Below are positions 27,716-50,100 of a DNA stretch of 64,000 bases, piece by piece. The first letter of the stretch is position 1. Every line of letters starts with the position of its first letter. The notes under the pieces were generated by a model, which saw nothing but the letters and a program-made list of their open reading frames with translations, was not told the DNA's origin and searched no databases. This DNA comes from Balanoglossus misakiensis (Eukaryota; Animalia; Hemichordata), in assembly GCA_040954595.2 (NCBI GenBank), contig CM082580.2, positions 12,884,242 through 12,948,241 on the forward strand. Direction: 5' to 3'. Both the position numbers and the translations under genes were made by a program.

Positions 27716-30700
27716 AGATGTCTAGGCATAAAATACGACCCATTTTCCATTCTTGTCGATAAACAGATGTTACCCAAATATCTAACACAATAATTCTAGT
27801 AATTTCTCTCGTAAAATAATTTGTTCATTCTGACCCGTCATAGATCTGGTAATAAAACAGTTTTAAAAATCGATTGTAATATATAGCACTTTTAAAATTG
27901 TGACAATAGTTGGCCTACATTCTTGGAGTAAATCATAATTTACAGAAACATGGTTATCGATCTCAGCGTTATATCGAAGTAAGTTTTAAACTTAGTATAA
28001 TCGGTCGAGATAGCCAGGTTTTAATAGCTTCTTTATCATTACCAAGTTGTGCTGTCTTACATTTTTTCTGTAGACCGCATTAAGGACCCCAGTTTCAAGG
28101 AGGAAATACGAAAAAAATATTTGCTATATCGAGTTTGAAAGTGGGCATTTTTTGGTGAAAACGACGGTTGATCTGCCGTGTACTCCAGGGATTAGGTGTG
28201 TTAGATTTATTTACCAGACACTCTCAACACTGATTAACCTACTCCTTTACTGATCGCGACTGAACGACTCGACTGTCGTTTCTCTCTTTAATTCCAGCAT
28301 TGTGAAAAATAATGTAACCACTTTAAAATGAAGTTCGCGAGCAATACAGTGAGCAGTGATCGATACGTTTCGCAATAAACAGAGAGGCACTTTCAGTTTC
28401 CTTGACAACGCCACCGGGAGGAGAGAAGAGAAAATGGTGTCTCATTTCATTACCGTTAAATCTCGCGCAACAAAGTCGTTAGCTTGTATCTGCGGCGCGT
28501 AACCAAGGCTCGTGTCATTGTTTCGAGTTCTGAGACTTTGGGAGAAATAATTTACATTTCCTTTGGGAGAAAACGAAGATTTCTGCACGGAAAAGGGAAC
28601 GTATCGCTGATATGGAGCGAATAAAAACAACTCCCGAAGCGTTAATATTCAAAACACATCGACGCGGAAATCGTTAACTTCGACACTATTACTGCAGACA
28701 TTTATATTCCTCGGTAGCTGACAGGAAACCCAGCGGGTTCTGTCTACCAACTAGCATCCTGGCCTTACGGAACTATCGCCATCAATCAGCGACGATTTCA
28801 TTTTCGTTTATAGATTGGCTCCGGCGTGAAAGACTGCTGCGAGCGCCTTTGCCGCGCGCAATATGTTGCCAAGCAACCGGCTGCATGCGTGATGAAGAGT
28901 ATATGCTATCTGACATGGCGCCTGAAGGGCCCAGGGAACGGCAAAATAGACTCTATACTCGCAGAATGTTCGGCAGATATTTGCAAATTGGGTCACATGT
29001 AAGACGGGTCACGAATGTACAAAAAACTGTATGATACGGAGAATGTAAAACATGTTTTAACGGATTTCTCAAGAGCACCCGCCCGTAACACCTAGCCACC
29101 ATGATCTCAATTCATCAGCGTACAGACTACATGGCAAAGCGCCTCATTGAGTCATTGTGGAGTATAATACCTATAGAGATCACATATCATACGGGAGACT
29201 TTTCATTGTCAGGCTTCTTTCCATTGCAAATGCCTCTCAAGTTCTTGAGACAGTTTGAAGTTAAAAAGACCATCAAGTAGCCCCCTTTCAAACACCTGTG
29301 CGAGAATGTGTTCATTTCAACACCATACATTTACGTGTCACGCGAATACATACATGTAGGGATGTCCATTAGCAGTCAGCGACAACCCTCGAAATGTGCG
29401 TTATGTATAGCGCTGGCCTCAGAAAAATCGATTCTTCTCTTGAAAGACTTCGCCTGGTGTGTTTCTGTGTCACCCCCCCCCCCCTTCCCTATGGCCTGCA
29501 TACATCACTTCCGTGCTCAATAGGATTGTGACCTGATATAGTGTAAGGATGGGAAGTGTGCAGCTGCGTCTTGTCAGGTGGTGTTTGATTGGTCAGCGTC
29601 TATGTCAATTCGCTCCTCAAACAGGTGTTAAACAGGTGCATGGATGCTGTTTAATGACTACAAGGATATACTGCACATCGCCGATTTGAGGCAATGTTTC
29701 GACCCATCTCCTCTCTGTGTCTCTAGCTGTCCTCTCCCAAACTAATTTTATCGGGGGTAAATGACACTCCGGAACTACATGATGGATGGGCTGGACGCCG
29801 TAATGCAAGGAGGTTGCCAGCCAGCCACACGATCAAGCCGACCCACCCGTTGGGACGCCTATCTGACTAATGGCGCTTTGATGCATGCGCAAACAGACTC
29901 GTTGTTGATCGAACCACTTAAACCTGCAAAAAGTACGGATTTTACAACGTGAACGATTAACTTTTAAAGAAAACCGAGACAGTTCATTATGGCTGCAAAG
30001 GCTTGTTTAAATACCATGCGCGGTGTCACCAGGGCGCCATGTTTGATATTCGCAGGTGGGAACACATGTATATGGAAAATATATTTTTTTTCGTAAGGAA
30101 GGTAAATTTGCGTATAAAGTGTTCGGCTAACAGGTAACCTGGTGTTGTCTGTTTACTGTATCGACGTAGAATAATACCCGTTTCACCCTCGCGGTAGCGG
30201 CATGCAACTGAACAAAAATATAAAATCAAAGCTTTCCAAACATGGTGCATGTATAGTACCTAGGCCTACTGTGCGAGAAAAACTACTCTTCATACCTACA
30301 ATGAATACATATCAGTGGCCTGACAGAGATTCAGCAAACTGGGTCAATCTTTGTCCACGGTCTCATTGGTGTTACATGCCGTAGTCTAGCACTGGTCAGG
30401 GGGAAATCAGCAAGCTAGGGCAATGTCGGCGGTTTGTTTGCATTCCGTATCATGGTGAGATTACCGTTAGACCACCATTATTAACCGTTATTTGTTTAGT
30501 AACCCCGGACTCCACCTTATTATCCTATTTGTCAAGATTTATACTGTGGTGGCATTGACAAAGACAGGGTTCGATATAAACAAACGATTCGGGATCCATT
30601 CTGCGGCACCTGTCCTGTTTTGGACTATAATTACTAGTGGACTGTGTTGGACTGGACTACTTGTTTTTGATATCCAGAAGTAAGACGGAGCAGAGGGATT

Positions 30701-33700
30701 TTCGAGGGGGAATTTCGACAGCAACAACAATTTGGTAGTGTCTGACACGTACAACCATCATTTGCGTATCGATAGCACCTGTTGATCTAAATCCTAAACG
30801 GGAATAATAGAAACGGCTTCCGCAATTACGCAACTTTCTCGTGCTTAGCATACAGTTCAGTCTTTGATATTCATGGACAGTTAATCCTGTCACAAATCTA
30901 CAGACAGATTCTGGTCGCGAGTGGATTGTGGTGGAAATGTTTCACTGCAGTGTTCACTACTGCAACCACACTCCCTCGGCCGCCGTGTGAGAATGAAAGC
31001 TGGCGAACGTACGTGCGAGCCTATCAATCACCAGCGCTGCTTTTATCACCACGGTGGAAAACTGTCTGCGCGTCGACAGAACAGAAATGACACTCTGTAG
31101 GACTCCACAATGACTATATCAGTCATGACCCCGACAATAAATGTGAAACGTATAATTAACTAATTACTCACCCATCACACCCAGAGTGTTTAATTTGGTG
31201 CTGAAAACAAGGCAAAGCCGGGAGTGTAATGCTAATGTTACTTACGTGGTACTGTTCCATGTAGTCGGCCATCTTGCTGCGCGGACTCTTGTTGTTAACC
31301 CCAGAGCAAGCTTGTCTATGTTTTCAGCCCCCGGCACAAACGTCCTGAACGAATTCAGACTCACTAAACCTGCCGCAGCTGAGATGTGCAGGTACAGGGG
31401 GCTCCAAGGTCGTGTATTACTAAAATGAAACGAAATAGAATCGACTCAGTACTCCCAGTCGAAAATAAGGAATTTACATTCAGGTTCTCTCCTCGTGTAC
31501 GTCATAAACAACAGACGCACCACCAAACGCGACATGTGCCCCACCGGAGACGAATGGTAATCTATCCTTCCTCCCAAAGTAATTGGATCGATACTGACGA
31601 TACTGAGTTTAGCAGTGACCCTATGGTGTTGCATTTCACGCATACTAGTACTACATGCATTATATTGTTGTTTAGTTGTCATGGAATCGCAGAAGAACTC
31701 GGCAGCTCAAAAATAGACAGAAAAGCAATCAGCTGTGAACGAATGAGCCGTCATCATAAATTTGCAATTTGATACTAGAAATTGAGGTAATGCATTATTA
31801 ATTTGTGTGCGGTTATTGTTTTAACATCGATCATTTCTGTCATAGCGGGTGACCATGATGATGAGTAATAGAGAGCTGCGGTTTTCAGTGACGCGGCTGT
31901 TGGTCCTTTCAACGCCGAGAGAGGGGTGTCTGGGCGGACGAACAACCTGTTGCATGATCAGAGTACTTGACGCGTCCTGTGAGTAAGTTGGGGCTTGTTC
32001 TAGCAATCGCCGACGCCAGGCGTCATCGTCTTCATCCGAAGGTCAACCATTCAGTCTACACCCTGCGTGTTATGAGACTTCGCTGTATATAAATTATCCG
32101 AGCTTACCGAAACGCAGTTGTGGACCGCAACGGCTCAGTATGGGCATAAAGCAACGTCCGCAATAAATGAACGCACAAACTAGCACAATCTGCCTTCTAT
32201 TCTTGGCCACATCATCGCCCCAACTGTTACAGTCACAGCAACGACGTGTCAAAATACGAACAAAAGTGAACGACAAGCATGAGAAATTACCTCCTGGCTT
32301 CTGACAAATGTTTTGGCAGTTTACGATAAGACTGCGCATACCAATGGCCGAAGTAGGTGTTCAGGTACTGACCAAAATAAATCCCCAAGCAGATCGATAC
32401 GATATTGTTGACGTCAGATTTGCATATCAAAGGCAGGCGCAACAAACAGTTCGTTGTCGTAATAAACAAAAGCAACGGCTTTATAAAACTTCCGAATACA
32501 TGTATATTGTATTATCTTATATATAAATTGGGGGTCTTGCAAGAATCCACCTAGTTCGATGGACATGAGGTAACCACGGACAATGAACGTCAAGAGCAGT
32601 CGGAAACTGTTGGCCAATTCTGCCTGCCCAGATGAGGTCACCCGTCTGCCATGGATACGCTGTACCGCATTAACCCCGGTCTGGGTTTGTGGACGGCTGT
32701 TTTATGAGATCAACGCGAGTTACGATATCTCTCCTTGTGCAGATAATTGAAATACTATGATGTATGGCTCACGCAAGGGGCATTTGTATTTACAGACGAT
32801 GGAAACGTCTGACGGAGATGATACTAAGGAAGCATACACACGGCGCTTTCTTTTCTGGTGGCCGAATCGTTGTGGCAGAGCACGTGTCGTCATGCCAACT
32901 GCGAATGCGATAATTCACCGTTTAAAACGGGGCGTGTTCGTAATTATAAGGTTCTTATTGTATGTGTAATGAGTTCAAATGTCTCATCATAGTTTCTCTT
33001 CGGTTATCATTAAACTTTGCCACGTGTTTGAAAGTAATTTACCATACTCAATGGCGTGACAAACTTTCGCGTTCATGCAGTCTATCGGTGCAGTGAAAGA
33101 GAGGGGGGGGGGGAATGGCCTGTTCCACATTATTAACACTGATTGATACATTTAAGAAGACATATTTATAGAACTGGCTAAAATAACAGAATACGTTTAC
33201 TCATAGCGGTAAAACGTCGTTGAGGCTCAGTAGTTTGGTGTTTAAGATTATCCTGTCTTTCCTGCACGGCTACTGACACGAGATGCACACAAATGAAGCC
33301 CACCGACTATTCAAGCCCGTGTGAAAATGAAGAGACGCAATAAGCAGGTACCAGTGCTAAAACTATTTGCGGCTTGGGTTGGCTTGACGACAAACAAAAT
33401 TCCTAAACAATGAAGTACATCATTGTGTCCATTAAAGTCATGTACACAATGTACCTCCCACTGATTTTGAATTGACTTCGATATTGTTGTGTGGACAGTG
33501 TCGCTGACAACACACGCTATGGTGTTTATAAACGTGCACTAGGTAACGTTCGTGACGAGAATTACCAATGCGATGACACGGGCGTTCTCTCACCAAGAGG
33601 CCATGCACCATGAAACAATACCACGGAGAAATTAATAGAGAATGAGGTCGTCTCGTTGCCTGGACAACAGGCGCGCTTCAATTATATAAGTCTGTCGGTC

Positions 33701-34157
33701 TGTGGAACATTTTCATTTTATATGGCTAGACGACGTTTATTGTGACATAAAAAGGGGCTGTACCCTAACAAAAGAATTGCAGAGTACTCTAATATCGTGA
33801 ATGCCTCGGGCGACTGGAGCCAGTGTAGAAAATGAAAACCGACAGAGTAAAAGAATTATACTGCAATATGTACAGGCGCTCACATTACCAAACTAAAAAT
33901 TAACGAGTCGATAAAAATGAATGAAATTCTTTTCTGATATATGATCGTAAAATACACCTAAACAATACGGAAGAAATATATTTACAAGGAACATGAAGTG
34001 ACATGTTTCATTCGTTGGTGGCGCTGTCCATGATCAGTTCATCAGTTTAAAATCGTTCGGTTACTGATTCATACAACTGTGACCAGCCACAGTCAGCGAT
34101 TGTGAACGAGCCAAGTAGCTATCGTCTGTGGTCGAAAATAGATGAATGACTATAAAA

Positions 34158-34230
34158 AATAATAATAATAGTGAGATCTTATATAGCGCACGTATCCACA
34201 ATTGTGCTCACGGCGCTTTACAGCATAATA
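34158..34230 (-). mobile_element. 3' tail remnant of an L2-type LINE or LINE-related SINE
   Basis: Minus strand reads TGTAAAGCGC...GCGCTATATAAG...TATTATTATT, the characteristic L2-family 3' end with a short (TAT)n tail. Confidence 0.6.
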
Positions 34231-36700
34231 TTGTGTACTAAAACAAGAAAATTAAAATATTTTGTTTTTCATTAGCTGCCTCCAACCTAAAGCGAAGACT
34301 GCCTTAACTCACCAAGATACGAGTATCTATGTAAAGAAAGGTATCTATGTAAAGAAGGAGACTCACTTGTATATACAGAACCACCTGCTATCACTGTTTG
34401 ACGCTCTAGTAGGTCACCAGCCAGAACACGTCTGAAGAAAAAAAGCTCGACGACTCAAAGCCACGAAGGAGACATGGACGGCCTTTCGAGAATACTGAGT
34501 CAACAAGTGGACAGACTCTTAGATAGGATGAAGCCCAACCCTAGCGAAACGTCACTTTTCGGCTATTCGAGGACTTCAAAGGGATTGAAGTCTACAGTGG
34601 GTGGGGAGGGTTGGAAGGGGCGCGTCCCGCCGTGTTCTATCAAATCCGTGAATGGAAAAATCCTACAGAGAAAATAGTAAACACAGAGTGTATAACATCG
34701 AGTGCCAATACTTGTTTGTGCTTTCACAAAAGCACAGTTGGAAACTCCTTTGGGACACAAAAGATTATTGTGCATCAAAGTACATTGTTTTGTGCGTCTT
34801 TCTTATCCTTTAGTAAATCAGCCCACTTTGGCAAGTACATGTACTTGAAAGCACCTATATCTATTTATAAACTTGGACGACAGAGACAAAAAGCTAACAG
34901 TTCAACTGGACCGTATTTTCTTTGGTTTTTCTTCATACGATACGAATACGATATCAGTACCCCTCCCCATATTTCTGTGGATACCATGATCAGTCAAGCT
35001 TCAATTCGATTTCAAATTCAGCTTGACTGAAGATGTTGTGTTTTGAAACCGGTATTTCTGTCCACGAAATGTTTGAATTTATCTTGATCTTGGCACAAAC
35101 GATCAAGAAAACTGTTTGGTTATTCCACGGGGCTGAATTTGAGTTGGGTTGACAATGGTCCATTTCTGCTCACAGTTACGAAGAAATCACAACAGTTTTT
35201 TTTCAATTGAATGTGGGGTTACTGTACTGTTGCTCAAAGTACCGGCAACCACATCACACCTGACAAAGACCCCCTGCCACCAATGAGAGTGAACAAGGAC
35301 CCCGATTGTCCTTCTAAGGACTTGTCACTGTAGCGACCCAGTAAATAGCGGAGAAGATGCAACTATTTCTTTAGAAACTATTAACACGAATCATGTGCCA
35401 TCCATCAAATATTCAACAAAGAGTGACAACCTTAATTCCTTATTTCCCTCCCCTTACAAAACTAATCGACCTATAAAATAGTTTTGCCTGGCCATCAGAG
35501 ATGTGCGTAGTTTCCCCATGAAGTGAGAAAAATAGATTTTGAAAGTTTTTTTCTAAGTTTCGGTCACATGACCCTATGCAAATTCAATGGCAATAAAATG
35601 TCAAATAAAATGACCCACCAACGAGTCGATGCCTTCGCGTGCACTGACTTTCTCTTCGTGGTGTCGACGTGCATTGTGCTTCAGTCAGAGGTCATTTTTC
35701 CCACCACTGACAGAAATGTTTGATCAACAATCATAATTGCATGCATATCCGGGGGGGGGGGGGTATTTAGGCGCAGTTGGTGGACAAAAACGTTTCCCCC
35801 TTTGCTGATACGCCTAGTGGGGTCCTTGGTATTAATAGAGTGATTGTACATACTGGACAATGCTGGCTTGGAAGGCAAAACGCAGGGGTGATGACCAGTC
35901 GAGTGTCATTGCGGTCACAGAAAACGTTTTGTCGCCCATTCTTGCCGGACACAATCGTCGTCAGACTGCTTTTGCCCCTGCAAAACGGTTGACTCCCAAC
36001 ACCGCTATTTCATCGGTATTTATTGAATGGGGCTGACTGCATCATAAAGTTTTGACATTTTCATTTCAATTAAGATCAAACATTTCTTGAGTAGAATTCA
36101 ATTTTTTCTCGGGCTGTCTTTCGGTGGGGTTCGACTCAAAATTCCATTATGCGATGAAGGCGTTGTCAAGTTTTCTTATCAACCCACCTTAAAATCTAAA
36201 AATAACGCCGCGTCTATTATTCAAGTCAAGAGGTGCACCTCAGGGTCAAAGTCAGGGCATGATACGCAAGTGGCCTTGTGGTCATGCACTGGTTCGGGGA
36301 CGATTCCTCAAGGTCGTGTCCACCACTAGACCCCATGCATAATTCTATACAAAACACGTACACACACGCGTAGAAAACCCGTGCTGGTTATTAATTTATT
36401 ATTAAAGTTTCCCAGTTCAACTATATATAAAGATTCTAAATGTGTATTTACATTTTATGTTTTGGATCATTATAAACTTAACAAATATCGAGAAGAAGAC
36501 AAGCCTGCATAAAGAGAAACAGAAACTGTGGTGTAAATATTGCCGTAACATTTAGTACTGTGTTGAAATCAAAGACCCTTGAGAAACATAATTCGTTTGA
36601 TTGTATAAAAAGGTTGATGGAAATATTACTATTTTCTGATAATCTGATAAACTTGTTGGGGAGATCAATCGTTTATGTGTTTCTCTTTAAAATGTCATGA

Positions 36701-44124
<7,424 letters not shown>

Positions 44125-47100
44125 CTACAGTAACAACAACAGTGAGAGAGAGAGAGTGAGAAAAAACGTCCTAATTAAACCTGGTTCTCGTGACGTCATT
44201 GTTCTCAATGACGTCTTCCCTCAAGTCAATGTAAAGAAAGAGCCTTGAACTGAACTGCAATGCGTAAACACGATGGAAAATCGTTGGGGAGGAAGAATAG
44301 TTGACAGTCTCAATGTAACAATCCTCGTTGCCCAAGTCACAGTCAGTGCGTAGATTTACTACAGGGATGTGCAAACACAGCGGTGACATTTACTTAACAT
44401 GAAACATGCCATTAAATATTTGCAGGTTGCATATACAATAAAGGAGGCGTTAAAGCCGTAACAACCGACGATTCGACTTGTTTTCAGTGAAAGGGGAAAC
44501 CAGTGTGAATATCGTATCCAATGCCGCGGAATAATCGAAAATGTTAACAATAGCCAGTGTATTCCTTTAACGAAGCCATGCTAAAACTCATACATGCCCT
44601 ATCCCGGCTCAGTTTGACACGCTGGCCCTGGGTTAGAGAAAAGTTAAACGTTCAAAGCGAGTCAAAAAATGAACACCAAACTTACGCAGTGAACGACATC
44701 TCTGCAATAATAACGTTGTCCGCAGACGAATTTCGAAATAATTCCCATCAACGACCATGACTGAGCAATATTCGATTCCGAGAGGAAACGGCAGTCCAGA
44801 CTTGGCTGGCCTGATCACTGACTCGCTCTGCGGAGCCGTGGCATGATTAATGTAATTCCTAGCAACATTGCAACCTGTCAGCGTATAGTTGTCACGTGCA
44901 ATCGACTCCAGCCAATCGTGGAATGCACTCCAGTGGGTGTATTCAAACACGACAGCTGTCTGAGGAAAACGGAACCTGGCAGCGACTACACAGAAATCGA
45001 TGGTGCTCGCGCAAGTCATTGAACACCCAGTCAATCATTACAGAACGCAAAACAGCAAGTGACGTCTAAAACCTGAAAACACTGAGAAACATCCTACCGC
45101 CCGTTTAATTTCCCATACATGCACCATGAGAATCTTTCACAGACGCTTGTACGAAAGCAACAAAACCTTACACAAGAGCTGCAGTAGTTCAGTGTCTGAG
45201 ACAAAGCCGGACCTGGGCACTTATCGAGAGAAAAATACACTGCAGTTCGCTTCCTGATATTATTCAATTATTCTTGAAGTCAAAAGAACTGGTGCGCCAA
45301 TCAATTGAAGCCATTCTATAAATTGTCTTCGAAAAGAGATAAAAAAACAGCATATATAATTTTTCTCCCAATTTCCAATATTTAGGCGTCGGTCGGTACT
45401 CGAATTATACTTTACGACATATCGAATTTAATTATTTTTTCTGGATTAACATAAAAGTACACGAACAATGATGAACAGGCAATAGCTATAAGATGCCATT
45501 ATTTTGGAACTCAAGAAGCAATTACCGTTTGTGGGCGTCGATGTTGTCTCAAGGCGCGTGTTTTAATAATAGGAACTGTTAGATATTTATTCCACGGGTC
45601 TGCGCAGCGTACAAGTTCGCAGAAAATTAGGTCTATGACGATTCTCTGCACATTGTTTCTAGGATACTTGAAAACAACTCTTTTGGGTTGTTGAGTCATC
45701 ACCCAAGATTGTTCAAATCAAATGGTGATTAAGTGTTATTACACGCCATCGCAATATCATATAATGTTATAGTCATTTTTTTAATTTCTCAATCTAGGTT
45801 TATTGCCGCTCCAATATTATAGGTAAGCCCTTTTTGAGATACAAGGTTCGTCGTGTTTGGTGTGATGACTGACGATGGTTTCCATGGTAATTTAAATGGC
45901 AGGAATTGACGTGGGAAGTACGAACAGAGTCCACGAACAGAAGAACTGTCGAAGGTATAAACTGCCGTCAGTCTTTCGCGTATATATATTTTTGTTGAAA
46001 CAGTATTGTGTGCGTTGTAATTTGGATCGTACTTGATGGAGGAACGGGTTAATCTAAATGACCGTATTTGGCTCATTGGCACGTGTCATCTCAGATATGA
46101 CGCTATGCTAATCAGTTGATCGTGTCGCCTCTGTACAAAAATATGATTTAGCGTCACCAGCGCAAATCAAATGGTAAAAGTAACGAAAAGTGCTGAATTG
46201 ATTTCGCTAGTCCTTATTCGACATTATAAATAACGATTATCGATATCGCGAGTGTTTTTGTAGTCCAGAACATTCCACGATATCCGTGATGAAATAACCA
46301 GTCGTTGTAAAATGGCGTCCACTGAGGTTTACGTGTATCGATGACAAATCCGGAGCGATCAGCTTGTTTCACGTATTTACAGTGTAACCGCACGTTGTTT
46401 GCTCAGTTCCCCGACAACGAGCAGACGACGACGTTGATAGCCAGCTGGCAAAGATATAAAAAGCTCTACCCGTAATGAGCGGACGAATTATTACCAAATT
46501 TACGACTTATACTCGCGGACCATCCTAGTCGTTCTCATGATGTTTTTATTTATTTTTTTTTTTTACAAAAGTTGATTATATTTTAGAGGGTTGCAATTCG
46601 TAACTGTATAATCGCATCACTCTGGCAAGGCAAGTCTCGAAATTCCTAAACGCATACATCTAAATACAGAAAGTTGCGAATACTCGTGTATTTATGTAAT
46701 TGTTTCTCAGTTTGCCCCCGGGCCCTTTATTAAATGCTTGTCCCCACATAAATGGGAGACGATCAATTGATGACAAAAGTGTTGTTGTGTTCACGTCGTT
46801 CGTCCTGCACGATGATTTCTTATGGTATTATCTACCTGCGTATCTCTGGCTACCCGTTGATGGCTCCATGGCACGCCTTTGTCATGCATATAACTGTCTA
46901 TTGTCATAGAAAAGACTCTAGCCTGAGTATCAGGAGGGTACAAGAGAATAGGATCGGCCAATTTAAGGTTTAAATTTCCAACCTCAATAATTCAAGTGGT
47001 TTCACTCCGATACTAGAGTGAAACCCAAACCTGGGAAAAATCTACTCTATTAGCCATCGATTTTAAACTGGTTCCGAACATTGTAGGACAAAGTGTTGTG

Positions 47101-50100
47101 CTCAACTGTTGGTGAGGTCAAAGCCCTGACTACTCTCTTGCGGCACAATTAATTTTAAGGACTCCTTTGTTAACACCAAAAGGACCCTTTTCAGGGCGCT
47201 TTCACGGATCATACACAGGGGTCCTTCTGGGTCACGCTCGGAAGGGCGCCGTGCGGAATCGTGAATCCGTGAGAGCCAGGCTTAAGCCCAAAAAGAAAAA
47301 AAAATACATAAACTTTATCAAGGGATTCGGGCACCAGTGAAGTGTAGAACTGTCAAAGACATCTCATTCTTTTTAAGCAAGAAAACTGGATTCTTTCCGC
47401 CTGCCAGCTATCACACATGGCTGCCTTCTCACCTGCCCCTCCCTCCAAATGCTTTTAACCGACACATTTACATAACCCCTGGTAACCCTAACACATAACC
47501 CTGTAGATGGAGAATTTTATGTGCATTCCCTCTTATGTCAATATAAATATATCGCCAATTTTAGATTACGACGTGCAAATAGATTGGTGTAGGAGTCAGA
47601 TACCCTTTGGAAATGTCTTGCAATGACAAACTTACACTACTATATGCGCATGTGTTTGTGTATATGTTAAAGTATAATTCTTGATGTTCTCGTAATCAGT
47701 TTTCAGAATTATTTTGGTTATACCCGGAAATTCTGACGTCAGTACCAATACAGAACACATACTACATAAATCGAGCCAGTTGAATTGAATTAGGCTTCCA
47801 CACGGAGGTATGGCTGTGCTCGAAGAAAGGTCAATCAAATCACCAACCACCTTACGGATTGTCTGCAACGACGTTGCAGATTTGACGTAATAAAAGTCGC
47901 CTGTGTAGTTTATTATTGCCAAATAATTTGTATTGAATGTTTCACAAATTCAATGGTCGCTTATAATGGACAGAGTCGGCCCTGTTAAATGAGCGAGTGC
48001 TGCCTACAATTTGTTAATTTCCGACAGAACCAGGAGTGTCAACACAAATCTATCAATTCTGGATTACGTTTCTTTAAGTCATACAATGTATATATAAAGT
48101 ACGTGAATTGCATTGTTCATAATACATCATAGTCGGTGTATGCCAACTGCAGGTACGGTGAACACTCTCAGCGCGGATATTGTCAACGCACCTTCTGACA
48201 TGGTTTTCCTACAATCGACGCCACTTCACCGATGGCAATTATGTTGCTATGGCAAACGATAAAACGGGCTCAGTTATCTTGATATTATCGTGAAGAAGGC
48301 GCCTAAAAACGGAGCGATACACCCTTATGTCCGGTAGCTAAGGGCATGTATTCATGGCGAGAAAAGTGTTTAATTTTTTTTAAAGTCTTTAAACGCTGCT
48401 CATCCGGGCATCTACGCAAAAGCCGCGCAAGCCCTACTTTCAGAGGAGGAGCAATATGCTTTCACGCACCTAAATGGTAAAATGACTAAAAACAGCCAGT
48501 AATTCAGCAAGATAACAAACTAATTTGGTGATTTACTTCATACATTTCAGCCAGTCGCATTTTAGCCTCAGGTTGCCTCACTCAATGCAACGGCAGCTGA
48601 AAACAGCTGCGTTCAGAGCTGCACTTGGCCACATTTTATTAGTCAAACATATTCCCAAATTACCGTTTTATATCTTGCTAAATGACTGGCCTTTTTGCTT
48701 GTCATTTGCTGTATTAGTGGATGAAAGTATATTGCTCCAGCTATAAATATAATGGCTTGGTGGCGACACTAACTTTATGGTATGTACCGGAAATTATGAC
48801 GCGAATCAGTTCGTATAAGGCGAGTAGAATTCTGACGCCGACGATTGAGAATAGTTCCTGAAGCCCACAGAAGCGTGAGTGACGATAATTTAAAGTTGAC
48901 GAGAATGACGTACACACATGTCGATCAAACGAACGGAACAGATGATTAGTGTTGGGGTTGTTGGCCAACACGAAACGGAGATATATATGTAGGTAAATAG
49001 AACTGCTTTATGCAAACACATTGGGGATAAAAGGTCGTTCTTGTCGAAACAAAACAAAGGCGGAAATAATCTAAAATCACACCACAGGAAAATTGTCGTT
49101 TTTGTTTATTAGATATTAAATGCACATGTGGTATGGATATGAAAAGCGAAATCTCAGTTGCCAAGTAAATACTGGTACGTCTTATATTTAGAAGTCAAAT
49201 AACAAAAGAGTCGAGGTTGATGTACTCACCTTGATTGGTTTAAAATAAATTTGACACCTTGTTGAAATTCAAGTGTATTCTCCAAAGAATACTTCCACGT
49301 TCACTTTACATATCCTTTGGTCTTTCGCTGAACGATATAGGGAATTTCAAAAGCTTATCAAGTCCAACTTTTCCAACCGTGTAACTGTCAATGGTGTTCA
49401 ACGGCGTCAAATGGCAGGTTATATCTCATGTGCCCCACGACGGTTTAGTACACAGGTAAACGATCTCCGCAAGTTTCAAGGTTTCGCTTGTACCGCTACT
49501 TTGCAATAGTTCCCATAGTTGTGGCGTGCGCTTGTCAAATATGCGACGTCGGGTCACCTCAGCTTTGGCATTAGTACAAACTGTCGGCAAGGACGGGTTC
49601 CCCGCTGTTGCGACTGGACGTTCAGAAGCGTCTCGAATGTGTGAATGTGCGTAAAATGGTTGAAATGACGTACCAGTAAAAGTGGAAGCGCTACTATCTG
49701 GTCAGCGACGTCATCTCGAAATGTAGCGCTCGGTTGTTAAACATGCAGATTAATAATCACATATAATTAGACTTTGCTCTTTCCTGCCGAACTGGTTGGT
49801 TGGACGGAGGCGAACTGTTGAACACCGAATATTTTTAAACTGTTTTAGACACACAATTAAATATCACGGTTGTCTGAAGGCGACCGAACGTGAACAGCAA
49901 ACGCTATGTTGTCTTCAACCGGAACAATGCCTTTCTTTTTATTTCATACTGCTGCCCTCTTTATTGACGCAAGCAAAAGAGCAATGCCAAGAAAAATGTT
50001 GACCAATTGCAGAGCATGTCTTGTCATATTGTAAGCCCCATTGAAGGTGATGCCTTTTGAAAACAAATGGCGTGGTGAACGAATAACTGTCAGTATCGCC

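Noticed and set aside
28400-36300. Many short ORFs between the two paralogues
   Set aside because: No consistent exon chain or recognisable motifs; probably non-coding or unrecognisably decayed repeats.
47472-47502. Three TAACCC hexamers resembling telomeric repeat
   Set aside because: Interrupted and too few to be an interstitial telomere.
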